Origin: Pseudothermotoga sp.
GTDB lineage: Bacteria; Thermotogota; Thermotogae; Thermotogales; DSM-5069
DNA length: 47,529 nucleotides
Reading direction: 5' to 3' (one strand)
Assembly (NCBI GenBank): GCA_031962025.1
Contig: JAVRKW010000012.1
Shown here piece by piece: positions 34,232 to 44,238 of this stretch. The number at the start of each line of letters is the position of its first letter. The first letter of the stretch is position 1. A program made the position numbers and the translations under genes. The notes below the pieces were generated by a model. It did not search any database and was not told the origin of the DNA. It worked only from the letters and a program-made list of their open reading frames with translations.

Positions 34232-35130
34232 ACTCTAAAGCCCCTTTCTTTGAGAAACTCTGTGACCTCATCCTGTGATGGAATTGAACTCTGTGCGCCT
34301 TTTCTTGTGACGCTAATTGCAGCCGCCGCACTGGCAAAAATCAACGCCTTTTCAAGATCTCTTGTTTTTTCAAATTCAACGGCAAAGCCTGCATTGAATA
34401 TATCTCCAGCAGCCGTTGTATCTACTGGTTTTACTTTGAAGGCGTCTATTTTTATCTGTGCCAATTTTCCTTTGAAAAAACAACCTTTTTCTCCCATCTT
34501 CAGAAGCACATTTTCACAACCAGCCTTCAAAAGTTCATCAACTGCCGCATCGATCTTTTTTATTCCTGTCAGGGTAAAGATCTCTGATTCATTTGGAGTT
34601 ATGATATCAACGTACTTGAAAATCTCTCTGTCTATATTTTGAGCCGGTGCGGGATCAAAGATCACCAGCTTGCCGTGTTTTTTAAAGAGTTTTGCTGCTT
34701 CAAGTGTGGTTTCAAATGGTATTTCATTTTGAAGGAGCAGTATATCTGCCTTGAGTAAATCCTGAATTTTTTTATCAAGTAAGTCTTTTGTCAATGCAGC
34801 ATTGGAACCTGGGTATATTATTATTCTGTTCTGTCCATCTGTTGTGATTTCTATCAGGGCAAAACCGTTTGGCAGGTTTGTTCTTACTGCAAAATCTTCG
34901 ATACCTACCTGAGAAAGTTTTTCAAACACAAACTGCCCGTTGCCGTCATTACCTATGCAGGTGAGAAAGGCGACCTGTGCTCCGAGTTTTTTGCATGCAA
35001 CAGCCTGGTTTGCACCCTTGCCACCAGAGAATCTTTCAAACTCAAGACATTTCTGTGTTTCACCCGGTTTTGTGAAGTGATCTACCGTGACAACAAGATC
35101 GACGTTGTTACTGCCTATGATTGCGATCAT
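34228..35130 (-). CDS. rbsK: Ribokinase
   Basis: GS.NVD, GGKGANQAVA, QNEI, TPNESE, DTTAAGD.F. Confidence 0.92.
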   Translation of the reverse strand: MIAIIGSNNVDLVVTVDHFTKPGETQKCLEFERFSGGKGANQAVACKKLGAQVAFLTCIGNDGNGQFVFEKLSQVGIEDFAVRTNLPNGFALIEITTDGQNRIIIYPGSNAALTKDLLDKKIQDLLKADILLLQNEIPFETTLEAAKLFKKHGKLVIFDPAPAQNIDREIFKYVDIITPNESEIFTLTGIKKIDAAVDELLKAGCENVLLKMGEKGCFFKGKLAQIKIDAFKVKPVDTTAAGDIFNAGFAVEFEKTRDLEKALIFASAAAAISVTRKGAQSSIPSQDEVTEFLKERGFRV

Positions 35131-35232
35131 TTATTCGCCCCCAAGAATGAAGTTTAACACAGATTTTGCACCAAAAAGGTTTGTTCGTGGTTAAATACTA
35201 ATTGATATGTGTTTTTGTAGGAGGGGTAGAAA

Positions 35233-37278
35233 TTGGACAGTGAAACAACAGAACTCACTTTGTCTGATATTTTCAAAATCTTCAAAAGGCGCTTTTTGTG
35301 GTTTGCGGTCGTTTTTCTTTTGACAGCCTTTGGAACGTTGTTTTATCTTCTGTTCTTTGCAAAACCCACATACGAAGCAAGTGCTCAGCTTATTGTACAG
35401 ACAAGCCAGCCAGCGATAAGTATTCCAAGTGCCGTGACGCAAATAATTGGTATTGGCGGACTGGGACTGGGACAGAGTGCTGATGTTCAGACGGAGATTG
35501 AGCTAATAAAAAATCCACAGAACATTGAAAAATTGATCAACCAGTTGAATTTGATGGACTTATTCAAAGGTAAAAAACAGGTACTACCAGAAGATGTAGT
35601 CAAAACCATCAGTGAAAAATGGCTGAAGATAGAAAATGTCAAGAACACCAGAGTAATACAAGTATCGGTCGAGCATGAAGATCCACAAATGGCGGCAAAG
35701 ATAGTCAATTCTCTAATAGAGATATACCTTGATATGCGAAGTAGAATGACTGTGAATGAATATAGCGCTCGAGCTGATTTCATAGAAAGGCAACTTCCGC
35801 GCATCGAGCAGGAATTGAAGGATGTCGAGGATAAATTGAGAAAGTTCAAAGAAGAAAATCAGATTTACTCCTTGAGCGACCAGGCGGCGAAACTCGTTGA
35901 AGGTATAGCTCAGTTTGATGCAAAGGCTTATGAAACAAAAGTGTCCATAGAGCAAACCAAGACTGGGATCAAAGCTGCAGAAGATATGCTTAAAAAGGTT
36001 GATCAGAAAATCATATCGTCTGAAACGATCAGTACGAATCCAGTTGTGCAGCAACTGCGGGCAAAACTCGTTGACCTTCAGGTGGAGCTTTCTGCACTGC
36101 TTCAGACTTACTCAGAAAGCGATAGAAGAGTAGTTTCACTGAAAAAACAAATTGAAGAAACTCAGGATCTGTTGCAAAAAGAAATCAGCAAGGTCATAAG
36201 CGCCGAAATTCAGACGATAAATCCCGCTTATTCCGAGCTGTACACAGCCTGGATCTTGAAACAAACAGAACTTCAGGTGCAGCAAGCAACTCTGGCTGCC
36301 GTTGAAAAAATCAGAGATGAATATCTCAAAAAAGTCTCAGTCGTTCCATCGATTGAACAAAAGCTTTTTGAACTGGAAAGGGAAAGACAGGCAAAGCAAA
36401 CTACATATCTGGCTCTTTTGAGTCAGTACGAACAAGCAAAGATAGGTGCTGCCGGTACAGTTGATAATGTTCGTATAGTCAGCAACGCTAATGTTCCAAG
36501 CAGACCTTCAAAACCAAATAAAATGCTCACACTTGCCATAGGTGGTGCGCTGGGAATTTTCCTTGGCATCCTTGCTGTTTTTATCAGAGAGGCAACTGAT
36601 AAAAAATTCAGAGCAGTTGATGAATTGCAAAGAGTCTTTCCAAGAACACCCATTTTGGGAACAGTATCGCACAGCAAAGATGTAGAAGATGAAGATTTTC
36701 TGGTTACTTTTGAGTGCAACACAGAGAAAATCTGTGAAGATTTCAAACATTTAGCCGCAACACTATTGGACGAACCTGCGAAGATTCTTGGTTTCACAAG
36801 TTCTGAAGAAAAGGAAGGGAAAACATTTATTGCTTGCAATCTCGCGTATGTTTTTTCAAAGATGTCCCAAAAAACTCTGTTGATAGATATGAATCCGCGA
36901 TCACCAATCATTTCAAAGGTTTTTTCACTTCAAAACAATGGCGACATCAGAGATTTGATAAATGGAAAATCTTCACAGGAAACCATCGCAAAGTTTTCTG
37001 ACAACCTTCACATCTTGCCTCTGAATGAAAAAGATAGCTGGTTTCTAAGCAGTCAGAAACTTCCCGGTTGTATGAAGGAACTGGCCGAGGTATATGACAG
37101 AATCGTTGTGGATATGCCACCGCTTAACTGTGCAGAAGGTATCCTTGCAGGCAAGATCGTTGATAAATTTGCTTTGATAATCTATCTTGGTAGAACTGAC
37201 AAGAATCTTGCTACTTCATTGCTCAATCTGAATATTGCAAATAAATTGACAGGTATTATCGTGAACAACACAAACTGA
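35233..37278 (+). CDS. Wzc/GumC-like polysaccharide co-polymerase with BY-kinase-like domain
   Basis: Two TMs around a long coiled coil, P.RPSKPN, EKEGKT, LLID and VVDMPP motifs. Confidence 0.85.
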   Translation: MDSETTELTLSDIFKIFKRRFLWFAVVFLLTAFGTLFYLLFFAKPTYEASAQLIVQTSQPAISIPSAVTQIIGIGGLGLGQSADVQTEIELIKNPQNIEKLINQLNLMDLFKGKKQVLPEDVVKTISEKWLKIENVKNTRVIQVSVEHEDPQMAAKIVNSLIEIYLDMRSRMTVNEYSARADFIERQLPRIEQELKDVEDKLRKFKEENQIYSLSDQAAKLVEGIAQFDAKAYETKVSIEQTKTGIKAAEDMLKKVDQKIISSETISTNPVVQQLRAKLVDLQVELSALLQTYSESDRRVVSLKKQIEETQDLLQKEISKVISAEIQTINPAYSELYTAWILKQTELQVQQATLAAVEKIRDEYLKKVSVVPSIEQKLFELERERQAKQTTYLALLSQYEQAKIGAAGTVDNVRIVSNANVPSRPSKPNKMLTLAIGGALGIFLGILAVFIREATDKKFRAVDELQRVFPRTPILGTVSHSKDVEDEDFLVTFECNTEKICEDFKHLAATLLDEPAKILGFTSSEEKEGKTFIACNLAYVFSKMSQKTLLIDMNPRSPIISKVFSLQNNGDIRDLINGKSSQETIAKFSDNLHILPLNEKDSWFLSSQKLPGCMKELAEVYDRIVVDMPPLNCAEGILAGKIVDKFALIIYLGRTDKNLATSLLNLNIANKLTGIIVNNTN

Positions 37279-38006
37279 TGATCCAACATTTAACGGCAAA
37301 AAAGATCATCACCCGAACCAGAATCGGTGTTGCAAAATACGTGATAAACCCATACATTGGGTGCACTTTTGGTTGCCTGTACTGTTACGCGCGTTTCATA
37401 GGACCTTTCAAGTACACCAATTCTACATGGGGAAGAGATGTTTGGGTTAAGATCAACGCCGCACAGCTGGTTGAAAAAGAATTATTCAAAGCAAAAGGTG
37501 ACTTTTTTCTGTCAAGTGTCTGCGATCCATACCAGCATATTGAAAAAAAGTATGGGTTGACCAGGAAAATTATCGAAATTCTGACTTTGCACCTGAGAAA
37601 AGTTCACCTGATGACCAAATCGAGCTTGATTTTGAGAGATCTTGATCTGTTGAAAGATATCTCGGTAACACTCACAATTACAACAGATCGTGAAGATGTG
37701 AGAAAAATTCTCGAGCCTGGCGCACCTTCTGTTGAAGAGAGAATTGAAACACTCAGAAAGATGAAACAAGCCGGGATAGATATTTCTGTGTTCGTGGGAC
37801 CTGTTCTTGTTATGAATGCAGAAAACCTCGCCTGGAAACTTTCAAAATATGTAAGCAAAGTCACACTCGATGCATTGAACTACCAGACACAGGTACAGGC
37901 TGTGTATGCGAAGTACGGCTGGACAGACTGGTTAACTAAGGAAAAGTTTTTGGAAGTAGTTGAAAAGTTCGAGAGAGTTTTTGGAAAAGAGTCCGTTAGA
38001 TATTGA
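37278..38006 (+). CDS. Radical SAM protein (SPL/Rv2578c-like)
   Basis: INPYIGCTFGCLYCYA, DPYQ..E, LEPGAPS..ER. Confidence 0.88.
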   Translation: MIQHLTAKKIITRTRIGVAKYVINPYIGCTFGCLYCYARFIGPFKYTNSTWGRDVWVKINAAQLVEKELFKAKGDFFLSSVCDPYQHIEKKYGLTRKIIEILTLHLRKVHLMTKSSLILRDLDLLKDISVTLTITTDREDVRKILEPGAPSVEERIETLRKMKQAGIDISVFVGPVLVMNAENLAWKLSKYVSKVTLDALNYQTQVQAVYAKYGWTDWLTKEKFLEVVEKFERVFGKESVRY

Positions 38007-39045
38007 ATATACTGTTTTCTATCAGATACTCTGCCGCACCAGTCAGTATTGCATCCGGGTTGTTGACAGATTTTGCTACGAAAACTTCAAAACCATAGAA
38101 TTTTTCCCTGGCGAGTCTTTCAACTTCCAAAAGATATTTTTCATCAAAGACTGCATATCTTCCACCAACGACAAAATGGCAGATATCAGTTATTGAAAGA
38201 ACATTTTGTACCACAGCAAAAAGGAGATTAACCAGCATTTTGCCGGGAATCTCACCCTTGAGAGAATATTCACGCAAAATCTGTGAGTAAATATCACCAA
38301 CAGTTGTAAAAGGTTCACAATTGTAAATCATCCTGCCAATCTCACCTGCATAACCTCGATCGCCTTTGAAAATAGATTTGTCCAAAATCATGCCGCCACC
38401 AAGGCCCTCGCCCAAGTGTACATAAAACATATTTCTAATATCCTCTTCTAAGTTCATAAATTCACCAAGTGCCGAAAGATTTGCATCGTTCTCAACAAAA
38501 ACGGGTAAGTTCAAACGTTTCTGCAAAAATTCGACGATTCGAACATTTTCCAGTCCTTCTATTAAACTGCTGCTGATCCTCCCTGTGTGCTGGTCGAGAA
38601 CTCCTGAAACAGCTATGCAAATGCCAAGTACCCGGTTACCATTCAAGATTGAAAGAATTTCTTTGATTTTTTCAACCAGCTGTTCCAATCCTTCGTAGAT
38701 TTGATGCTTGAAGTTGAACTCTTGCAGCTGACTTATTTTTAATGTACTGTCAATCAAAGCTACCCTGACAGAGTATCCAGACAAATCGACTGCCACACTG
38801 AAGGCAGCCGAAGGATTTATGGTTAAAAGTTGGGGTGGTCTTCCACCGGAAGAAGGACCCTGTGAAGACTCAAGAATTATCTTTCTATCAACAAACGGCT
38901 TAAGAAGCTGTGAGATAGTTGAAGAATTCACGTTCAACTTTCTCGCTACCTGTGATTTGGAAACTGGTTGATGTTTGAGTATTTCTTTCAAAATTACCCT
39001 CAAATTGTTCTTTCTCAGATAAGAACTGTTTCTTATTTTGCTCAT
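37996..39045 (-). CDS. ROK family transcriptional repressor
   Basis: N-terminal HTH, GGRPP, ENDAN..ALGE, AGEIG; ATG 39045. Confidence 0.9.
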   Translation of the reverse strand: MSKIRNSSYLRKNNLRVILKEILKHQPVSKSQVARKLNVNSSTISQLLKPFVDRKIILESSQGPSSGGRPPQLLTINPSAAFSVAVDLSGYSVRVALIDSTLKISQLQEFNFKHQIYEGLEQLVEKIKEILSILNGNRVLGICIAVSGVLDQHTGRISSSLIEGLENVRIVEFLQKRLNLPVFVENDANLSALGEFMNLEEDIRNMFYVHLGEGLGGGMILDKSIFKGDRGYAGEIGRMIYNCEPFTTVGDIYSQILREYSLKGEIPGKMLVNLLFAVVQNVLSITDICHFVVGGRYAVFDEKYLLEVERLAREKFYGFEVFVAKSVNNPDAILTGAAEYLIENSIFNI

Positions 39046-39104
39046 ATTGACCACCTTTTGAATTATACCATGAGGCAGAGATTTGTTACGACTTTTTATA
39101 AGAC

Positions 39105-39134
39105 TTGACATAAGTGGTAAAAATATGCTATCGT
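39105..39134 (+). promoter_or_regulatory. Putative sigma70 promoter of the ABC operon, overlapped by a possible ROK operator
   Basis: TTGACA-18 nt-TATCGT with extended TG; imperfect palindrome TTAT-AAGACTTGAC-ATAA across the -35 box. Confidence 0.5.
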
Positions 39135-39170
39135 GTGGTTGAGGCTAAACTTACAGGGGGAGGCGGTATC

Positions 39171-40415
39171 ATGAAAAAACTGCTTGTGGCTTCAATCGTT
39201 CTGGCAATGGTTTGTGCTGTTTTTTCTGCAACAAAGATCCGCTTTTCTTTTTGGGGAGAACCCAGTGAACTACCACCTTATCAAGAGATCGTGAAACAAT
39301 TTCAGGCTGAAAATCCAGATATTCAAGTGGAGATCATCAACTATCCATGGTCAACGTATTTTGACAAAATCCAGGCTATGATGGCTGCCGAGGACGCACC
39401 AGATGTGATGTTCTTACACACTATACCGAGCTGGGCTGCTAAAGGAGTACTTGAAGATCTGACACCGTACATCGAAAAAACAAAATTTCCTGTAGAGGCT
39501 TACAACCAGGAACTCTTGAGTACTTTCATGTACAAGGGAAAGATTTACGGATTTCCAAGAGATAATGACACAACGGTTCTCTTCTACAACAAAACTCTTT
39601 TTGATGAAGCTGGGGTAGCGTATCCGGATTATTCATGGGACTGGCAAAGATTTTTGGATGCAGCCAGGAAGTTGACCAAGGTTGATTCTCGAGGTAGAGT
39701 TACACAATGGGGTGTTGTGCTCGAAAGGAATAAATGGCATTTGTGGATTCACATGAACGGAGGAAAAATAGTTGATGACTACGACACCCCCACTAAATGC
39801 ACTCTTGATCAGAGAAATGCAATCGAGGCAATTCAATTTATAGCTGACATGATCTTATCTTATAAAGTGACTCCTTCTATTGCAGAACTTGCTCAGCTTG
39901 GCTCGGCAGCGGAGTTGTTCACAACTGGAAGGGTTGCAATGGTGCTCAGCAATGCAGCACAGATAGGTTCATTTTTGACAAACAAGAACTTAAAATTCGG
40001 TGTCGCACCTCTTCCGTACAAAGTTACTCGCACCAATACCCTTGGCGGAGCGGGTTTTGTGATGTACTCAAAATCGAAAAACAAGGATGCCGCATGGAAG
40101 TTCATGCAATTTTTGTGCGGTCCAAAAGGTCAATCGATTTTTGCCAAGAGTGGAGATGCTGTGCCGGCAATGAGAACCCCCGAGACAGTCAAGGCATTTA
40201 TTTCAAATCCTCCGAGCGAACAGGAAAGGTTGATATTTTTTACTGAAACGAGTTTCGGTGTGAAATTCCCAAACATTCCTGGATGGTGGGAAATTTTTGA
40301 TTACATAACCAGAGAACTTGATTATGTATGGACAGGTCAAAAATCAGCAGTTGAAGTATTAGAATATGTCTCTCAAGAAGTTACAAAAATGATTAAGCAA
40401 TACGGGACTTGGTAA
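39171..40415 (+). CDS. Carbohydrate ABC transporter substrate-binding protein (CUT1)
   Basis: Signal peptide, F..ENPDI.V, APDV, LFYNKTLF..AG; ATG 39171. Confidence 0.92.
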   Translation: MKKLLVASIVLAMVCAVFSATKIRFSFWGEPSELPPYQEIVKQFQAENPDIQVEIINYPWSTYFDKIQAMMAAEDAPDVMFLHTIPSWAAKGVLEDLTPYIEKTKFPVEAYNQELLSTFMYKGKIYGFPRDNDTTVLFYNKTLFDEAGVAYPDYSWDWQRFLDAARKLTKVDSRGRVTQWGVVLERNKWHLWIHMNGGKIVDDYDTPTKCTLDQRNAIEAIQFIADMILSYKVTPSIAELAQLGSAAELFTTGRVAMVLSNAAQIGSFLTNKNLKFGVAPLPYKVTRTNTLGGAGFVMYSKSKNKDAAWKFMQFLCGPKGQSIFAKSGDAVPAMRTPETVKAFISNPPSEQERLIFFTETSFGVKFPNIPGWWEIFDYITRELDYVWTGQKSAVEVLEYVSQEVTKMIKQYGTW

Positions 40416-40419
40416 GATC

Positions 40420-40441
40420 GTGCGGCGCTCATGCGCCGCAC
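40420..40441 (+). other. Intercistronic GC-rich stem-loop (mRNA stabiliser or partial terminator)
   Basis: GTGCGGCGC-TCAT-GCGCCGCAC directly after the SBP stop codon. Confidence 0.7.
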
Positions 40442-40459
40442 TTTCAAGGGAGGATTTTG

Positions 40460-41284
40460 ATGAAACAGAAGATCTTTGACACTCACATACATTTTGTTTC
40501 AAGAGAACAGGATTACACAGATTATGTAAATCAATTGCTTGTTTATGCTCAGGAGAACAACGTACAAAAGATGGTTCTAATAGGTTCTGCATGTGGAAAT
40601 GCGCTTGTGAAGAAAGCAATTGATGAGTTTCCAGACAAATTCCTTGGTCTTGCGTGGATTGACCTTGATAGGGATAAAGTTTCTGATATAGATATGTACA
40701 AGAAAATGGGGTTCGCAGGCTTGAAAATTATTTTGACAGACAAGAATTATGACGATCCCGCTTACTTTCCATTCTATGAAAGAGCTGAACAAAACAATAT
40801 GGTGATTTTATTTCACACAGGTGTCATAGGTGGTCCTGTCGATTACCTTCTTGAAGAAGATAGTTCAATGGCTCGTCAGATAGATGAAGAAGTTCAAAAA
40901 AGGTTCTACGGAAAATCTTCAGCCCGTATGAGATCTATTTACCTGGATACCATTGCCAACTCTTTCCCTAGATTGAAGATAATAGGTGCACATCTTGGTT
41001 GGCCTGAGTACATGGTTTCGTGTGCGATCGCAAGGTGGAGAAAGAACGTTTATTTCGACGTATCTGGTGGAGAAGTTGTCAGAAGACACATAGTCGAAGG
41101 TGGATATATTGGCAAAGAAATCTCGGTCAACAAAGTTGTTTTTGGAACTGACAGCTCTATTGACAAGATGCCAAGGGAGATAATTGGCTGGTATGATTCA
41201 CTTAAGTCAATGGGCCTTTCGGCTGAACAAATTGATAAGATATTCTACCTGAATGCTGCAAGAATTTTTGGAGTGGTTCAATGA
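40460..41284 (+). CDS. Amidohydrolase_2 family metallohydrolase
   Basis: FDTHIH, FHTG, AHLG, YFDVS, FGTD, NAARIF; ATG 40460. Confidence 0.88.
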   Translation: MKQKIFDTHIHFVSREQDYTDYVNQLLVYAQENNVQKMVLIGSACGNALVKKAIDEFPDKFLGLAWIDLDRDKVSDIDMYKKMGFAGLKIILTDKNYDDPAYFPFYERAEQNNMVILFHTGVIGGPVDYLLEEDSSMARQIDEEVQKRFYGKSSARMRSIYLDTIANSFPRLKIIGAHLGWPEYMVSCAIARWRKNVYFDVSGGEVVRRHIVEGGYIGKEISVNKVVFGTDSSIDKMPREIIGWYDSLKSMGLSAEQIDKIFYLNAARIFGVVQ

Positions 41285-42162
41285 CTTTAAGGGAAAAAGA
41301 AACTGTGGCAGCTTGGTTGTTTCTCTTACCGGGGTTTGTCGGATTTTGTGTTTTTGTCTTTGGTGCGGTTGTCGTCTCACTTGGTCTTAGTTTTTTACAG
41401 TGGGATATGCTCACTCAGCCAAAGTTTGTAGGGTTACAAAACTACATTAGATTGATAACACAGGACAAAACGTTTCATCTTGTTTTGAAAAACACCCTTA
41501 TATTTGTATTGGGTACCGTCCCAACGAGAGTTGTATTGGGTTTGGTATTTGCTCTCATACTCGTGAGGAGTATACCGATGAGGGCATTCTTCAGAGCTTC
41601 GATCTTTCTTCCGGTTATCGTACCTACAGTTGCCGCAGCAATGGTTTTCAGGTGGATATTTAACGCAGATTTTGGTTTATTGAATGATTTCTTGTACAGC
41701 ATAGGTTTTTCGAATCTTCCAAGATGGCTTTCGCAACCCAAGTGGGCTTTAACAGCTGTGATTATACTGAGTGTGTGGAAAGATGTTGGCTTTTCCACAG
41801 TTCTTTTCATGGCAGGCCTTCAGGGAATTCCTTCTTCTCTCTATGAAGCAGCGTGGATTGATGGAGCAAACAAATTCAAAAGCTTTTTGTATATCACTCT
41901 GCCATTACTTTCTCCTACGACCTTTTTCGTAATTGTGATAAACATAATCAGTTCTTTCCAAATTTTTGACCAAGCCTATGTTTTAACTGGCGGAGGCCCT
42001 GGAAATGCAACGAACACCATTGTTTATTACATATACAACAATGCGTTTCAGTGGTTCAGAATGGGATATGCATCGGCTGTCGCCTGGTTGCTGTTTGGGA
42101 TAATCTTTGTTGCTACTTTCATACAGTTCAAATATCAAAAAAAGTGGGTGTACTACGAATGA
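41281..42162 (+). CDS. Carbohydrate ABC transporter permease
   Basis: EAA loop (LYEAAWIDGA). Confidence 0.93.
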   Translation: MTLREKETVAAWLFLLPGFVGFCVFVFGAVVVSLGLSFLQWDMLTQPKFVGLQNYIRLITQDKTFHLVLKNTLIFVLGTVPTRVVLGLVFALILVRSIPMRAFFRASIFLPVIVPTVAAAMVFRWIFNADFGLLNDFLYSIGFSNLPRWLSQPKWALTAVIILSVWKDVGFSTVLFMAGLQGIPSSLYEAAWIDGANKFKSFLYITLPLLSPTTFFVIVINIISSFQIFDQAYVLTGGGPGNATNTIVYYIYNNAFQWFRMGYASAVAWLLFGIIFVATFIQFKYQKKWVYYE

Positions 42163-42992
42163 AGAAAACTACAAAAGAGAAGTTCATAAATTGGATACTT
42201 TTTGGTGTAATGCTGATAGTTGCTTTTTTCATGTTAATACCGTTTTTCTGGATGTTCTCCACTTCTCTGAAAACAGTCGGTGAAGTTTTTGAATACCCTC
42301 CAAAATGGATTCCGTCGACCTTTCATTGGGAAAACTACAAAAGAGTTTGGACGATTGTACCTTTCGGTAGATATTTACTCAACAGTCTTGTAGTATCAGG
42401 ATTCATAACTATACTTCATTTAATAATCGCTTCTATGAGTGCTTATGCATTTGCTCGGCTTAGTTTCCCTGCCAGAGACAGGTTGTTCCTGCTGTACCTG
42501 GCTACATTAATGGTCCCCGGGCAGGTAACCATGATACCTAATTTCATATTGATAAAGATTTTTGGTTGGACTGATACGTATGTCGGTCTAATATTACCGA
42601 ATGTTTTTACTGCCTTTGGTGTTTTTTTGCTCAGACAGTTTTTCATGACTATTCCAAAAGATTACGAAGATGCTGCAAGAATGGATGGCGCGTCCAGGTT
42701 TTATGTGTTTTCAAGAATTATAGTACCTTTATCATTGCCAGCCATTTCGACACTGGCGATTTTCACTTTTGTTTTTCAGTGGAATAACCTGTTGTGGCCA
42801 TTGGTTGTTGTGAGTAAAGACTACATGAAAACAATAACGATAGGTTTAGCAAGCTTTCAAGGGATGTATGGAACGAGCTGGAACCTACTCATGGCTGCAG
42901 CTGTGATGGGTATTTTACCTTCTGTGATAGCTTTTCTAATTGGCCAGAAATATTTGATAAAAGGAATAACACTTACCGGGCTCAAAGGTTGA
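42159..42992 (+). CDS. Carbohydrate ABC transporter permease
   Basis: EDAARMDGAS, WNNLLWP; ATG 42159. Confidence 0.93.
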   Translation: MKKTTKEKFINWILFGVMLIVAFFMLIPFFWMFSTSLKTVGEVFEYPPKWIPSTFHWENYKRVWTIVPFGRYLLNSLVVSGFITILHLIIASMSAYAFARLSFPARDRLFLLYLATLMVPGQVTMIPNFILIKIFGWTDTYVGLILPNVFTAFGVFLLRQFFMTIPKDYEDAARMDGASRFYVFSRIIVPLSLPAISTLAIFTFVFQWNNLLWPLVVVSKDYMKTITIGLASFQGMYGTSWNLLMAAAVMGILPSVIAFLIGQKYLIKGITLTGLKG

Positions 42993-44229
42993 GCGCAATA
43001 TCTTTTCGATAATGCATATTCTCAAAGTAGATACTTTTTATTGCATCGTAAACGATTTTCCTTGCCTGTTCGTAACTGTGTGATCTGGCACAGATATTCA
43101 GAACTCTTCCACCATTTGTTAAGATCTTTCTGCCCGCTTTTTTTGTACCTGCGTGGAATACAACAACATTTTCTTTTATGTCTTCTAAACCAGATATCTC
43201 AAAGCCAGTTTTGTAAGAATTTGGGTATCCACCGCTGGCAAGTACCACGCACACAGCTTTTTCGTCTGCCCAGTTTATCCGACAGGCGTTCAAATCTCCC
43301 TCGCTGACAGCCTGCAGGATCTCACAGAGATTACTCTCCAATAACATCAAAATCGTCTGTGTCTCTGGATCTCCAAATCTGCAGTTGAACTCGAGTACCT
43401 TGGGACCTTGCTTTGTGATCATCAATCCAGCGTATAGAACACCCTTGTATTCTATTCCTTCTTTTTGTAGTGCTCGAATGGTTTTAACGAGAATTTCCTG
43501 ATAAACGTATTTTTCCATTTCTTTTGAGTAGTATGGACATGGTGAAACCGAACCCATTCCGCCGGTGTTTGGACCAAGATTGTTGTCATAGGCTTTTTTG
43601 TAATCCATGCTACTCACCATTGGTATTATCGTCTTGCCGTCGCAAAAAGCCAGGACGGAGACTTCCTTGCCATCCAAGAAATCCTCGATTACCACTTTGT
43701 TACCGGCTTTGCCGAAAATTTTTTTGTTCATGATATCGTCTATTGCTTTCAAAGCATCTTCCTTTGATTTTGCGACAATGACACCCTTTCCTGCAGCAAG
43801 TCCATCGGCTTTTACCACGACGGGTTGATCGATTTTCAAAACATAGTTCTGTGCAGAATGTGGCTGGTCAAATACCTGAAAATTTGCGGTTGGAATGTTG
43901 TATTTTGCCATCAGCGTTTTTGCGAAGATTTTGCTGCCCTCTATCATTGCGGCTTTTTTGCTTGGTCCAAAAATCTTCAAGCCGTGTTTTTCAAATTCGT
44001 CAACGATACCGTTGACAAGATAAATCTCTGGACCGACAACTGTCAGATCGATTTTTTCTTTCAGAGCAAAATCGACCAGTTCTTCGATTCTGGTTAATTC
44101 CACACATTTTGCCAGATTTTCGATGCCACCGTTTCCCGGTGCAGCATAAAGACTGATCTGACTTTCCATGGCGAGTTTCCAGATCAGTGCATGTTCTCTT
44201 GCGCCCTGTCCAACTAACAGTATTTTCAT
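42982..44229 (-). CDS. purD: Phosphoribosylamine-glycine ligase
   Basis: GAREHA, KADGLAAGKGV, GPNTGGMG, EFNCRFGDPE. Confidence 0.97.
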   Translation of the reverse strand: MKILLVGQGAREHALIWKLAMESQISLYAAPGNGGIENLAKCVELTRIEELVDFALKEKIDLTVVGPEIYLVNGIVDEFEKHGLKIFGPSKKAAMIEGSKIFAKTLMAKYNIPTANFQVFDQPHSAQNYVLKIDQPVVVKADGLAAGKGVIVAKSKEDALKAIDDIMNKKIFGKAGNKVVIEDFLDGKEVSVLAFCDGKTIIPMVSSMDYKKAYDNNLGPNTGGMGSVSPCPYYSKEMEKYVYQEILVKTIRALQKEGIEYKGVLYAGLMITKQGPKVLEFNCRFGDPETQTILMLLESNLCEILQAVSEGDLNACRINWADEKAVCVVLASGGYPNSYKTGFEISGLEDIKENVVVFHAGTKKAGRKILTNGGRVLNICARSHSYEQARKIVYDAIKSIYFENMHYRKDIALNL

Positions 44230-44238
44230 CCAACCACC

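Noticed and set aside
13800..36630. Other GTTGATGAA/TTCATCAAC matches (about 13805, 34533, 36617)
   Set aside because: Inside intact CDSs (Val-Asp-Glu codons) with no adjacent hairpin or SD homology.
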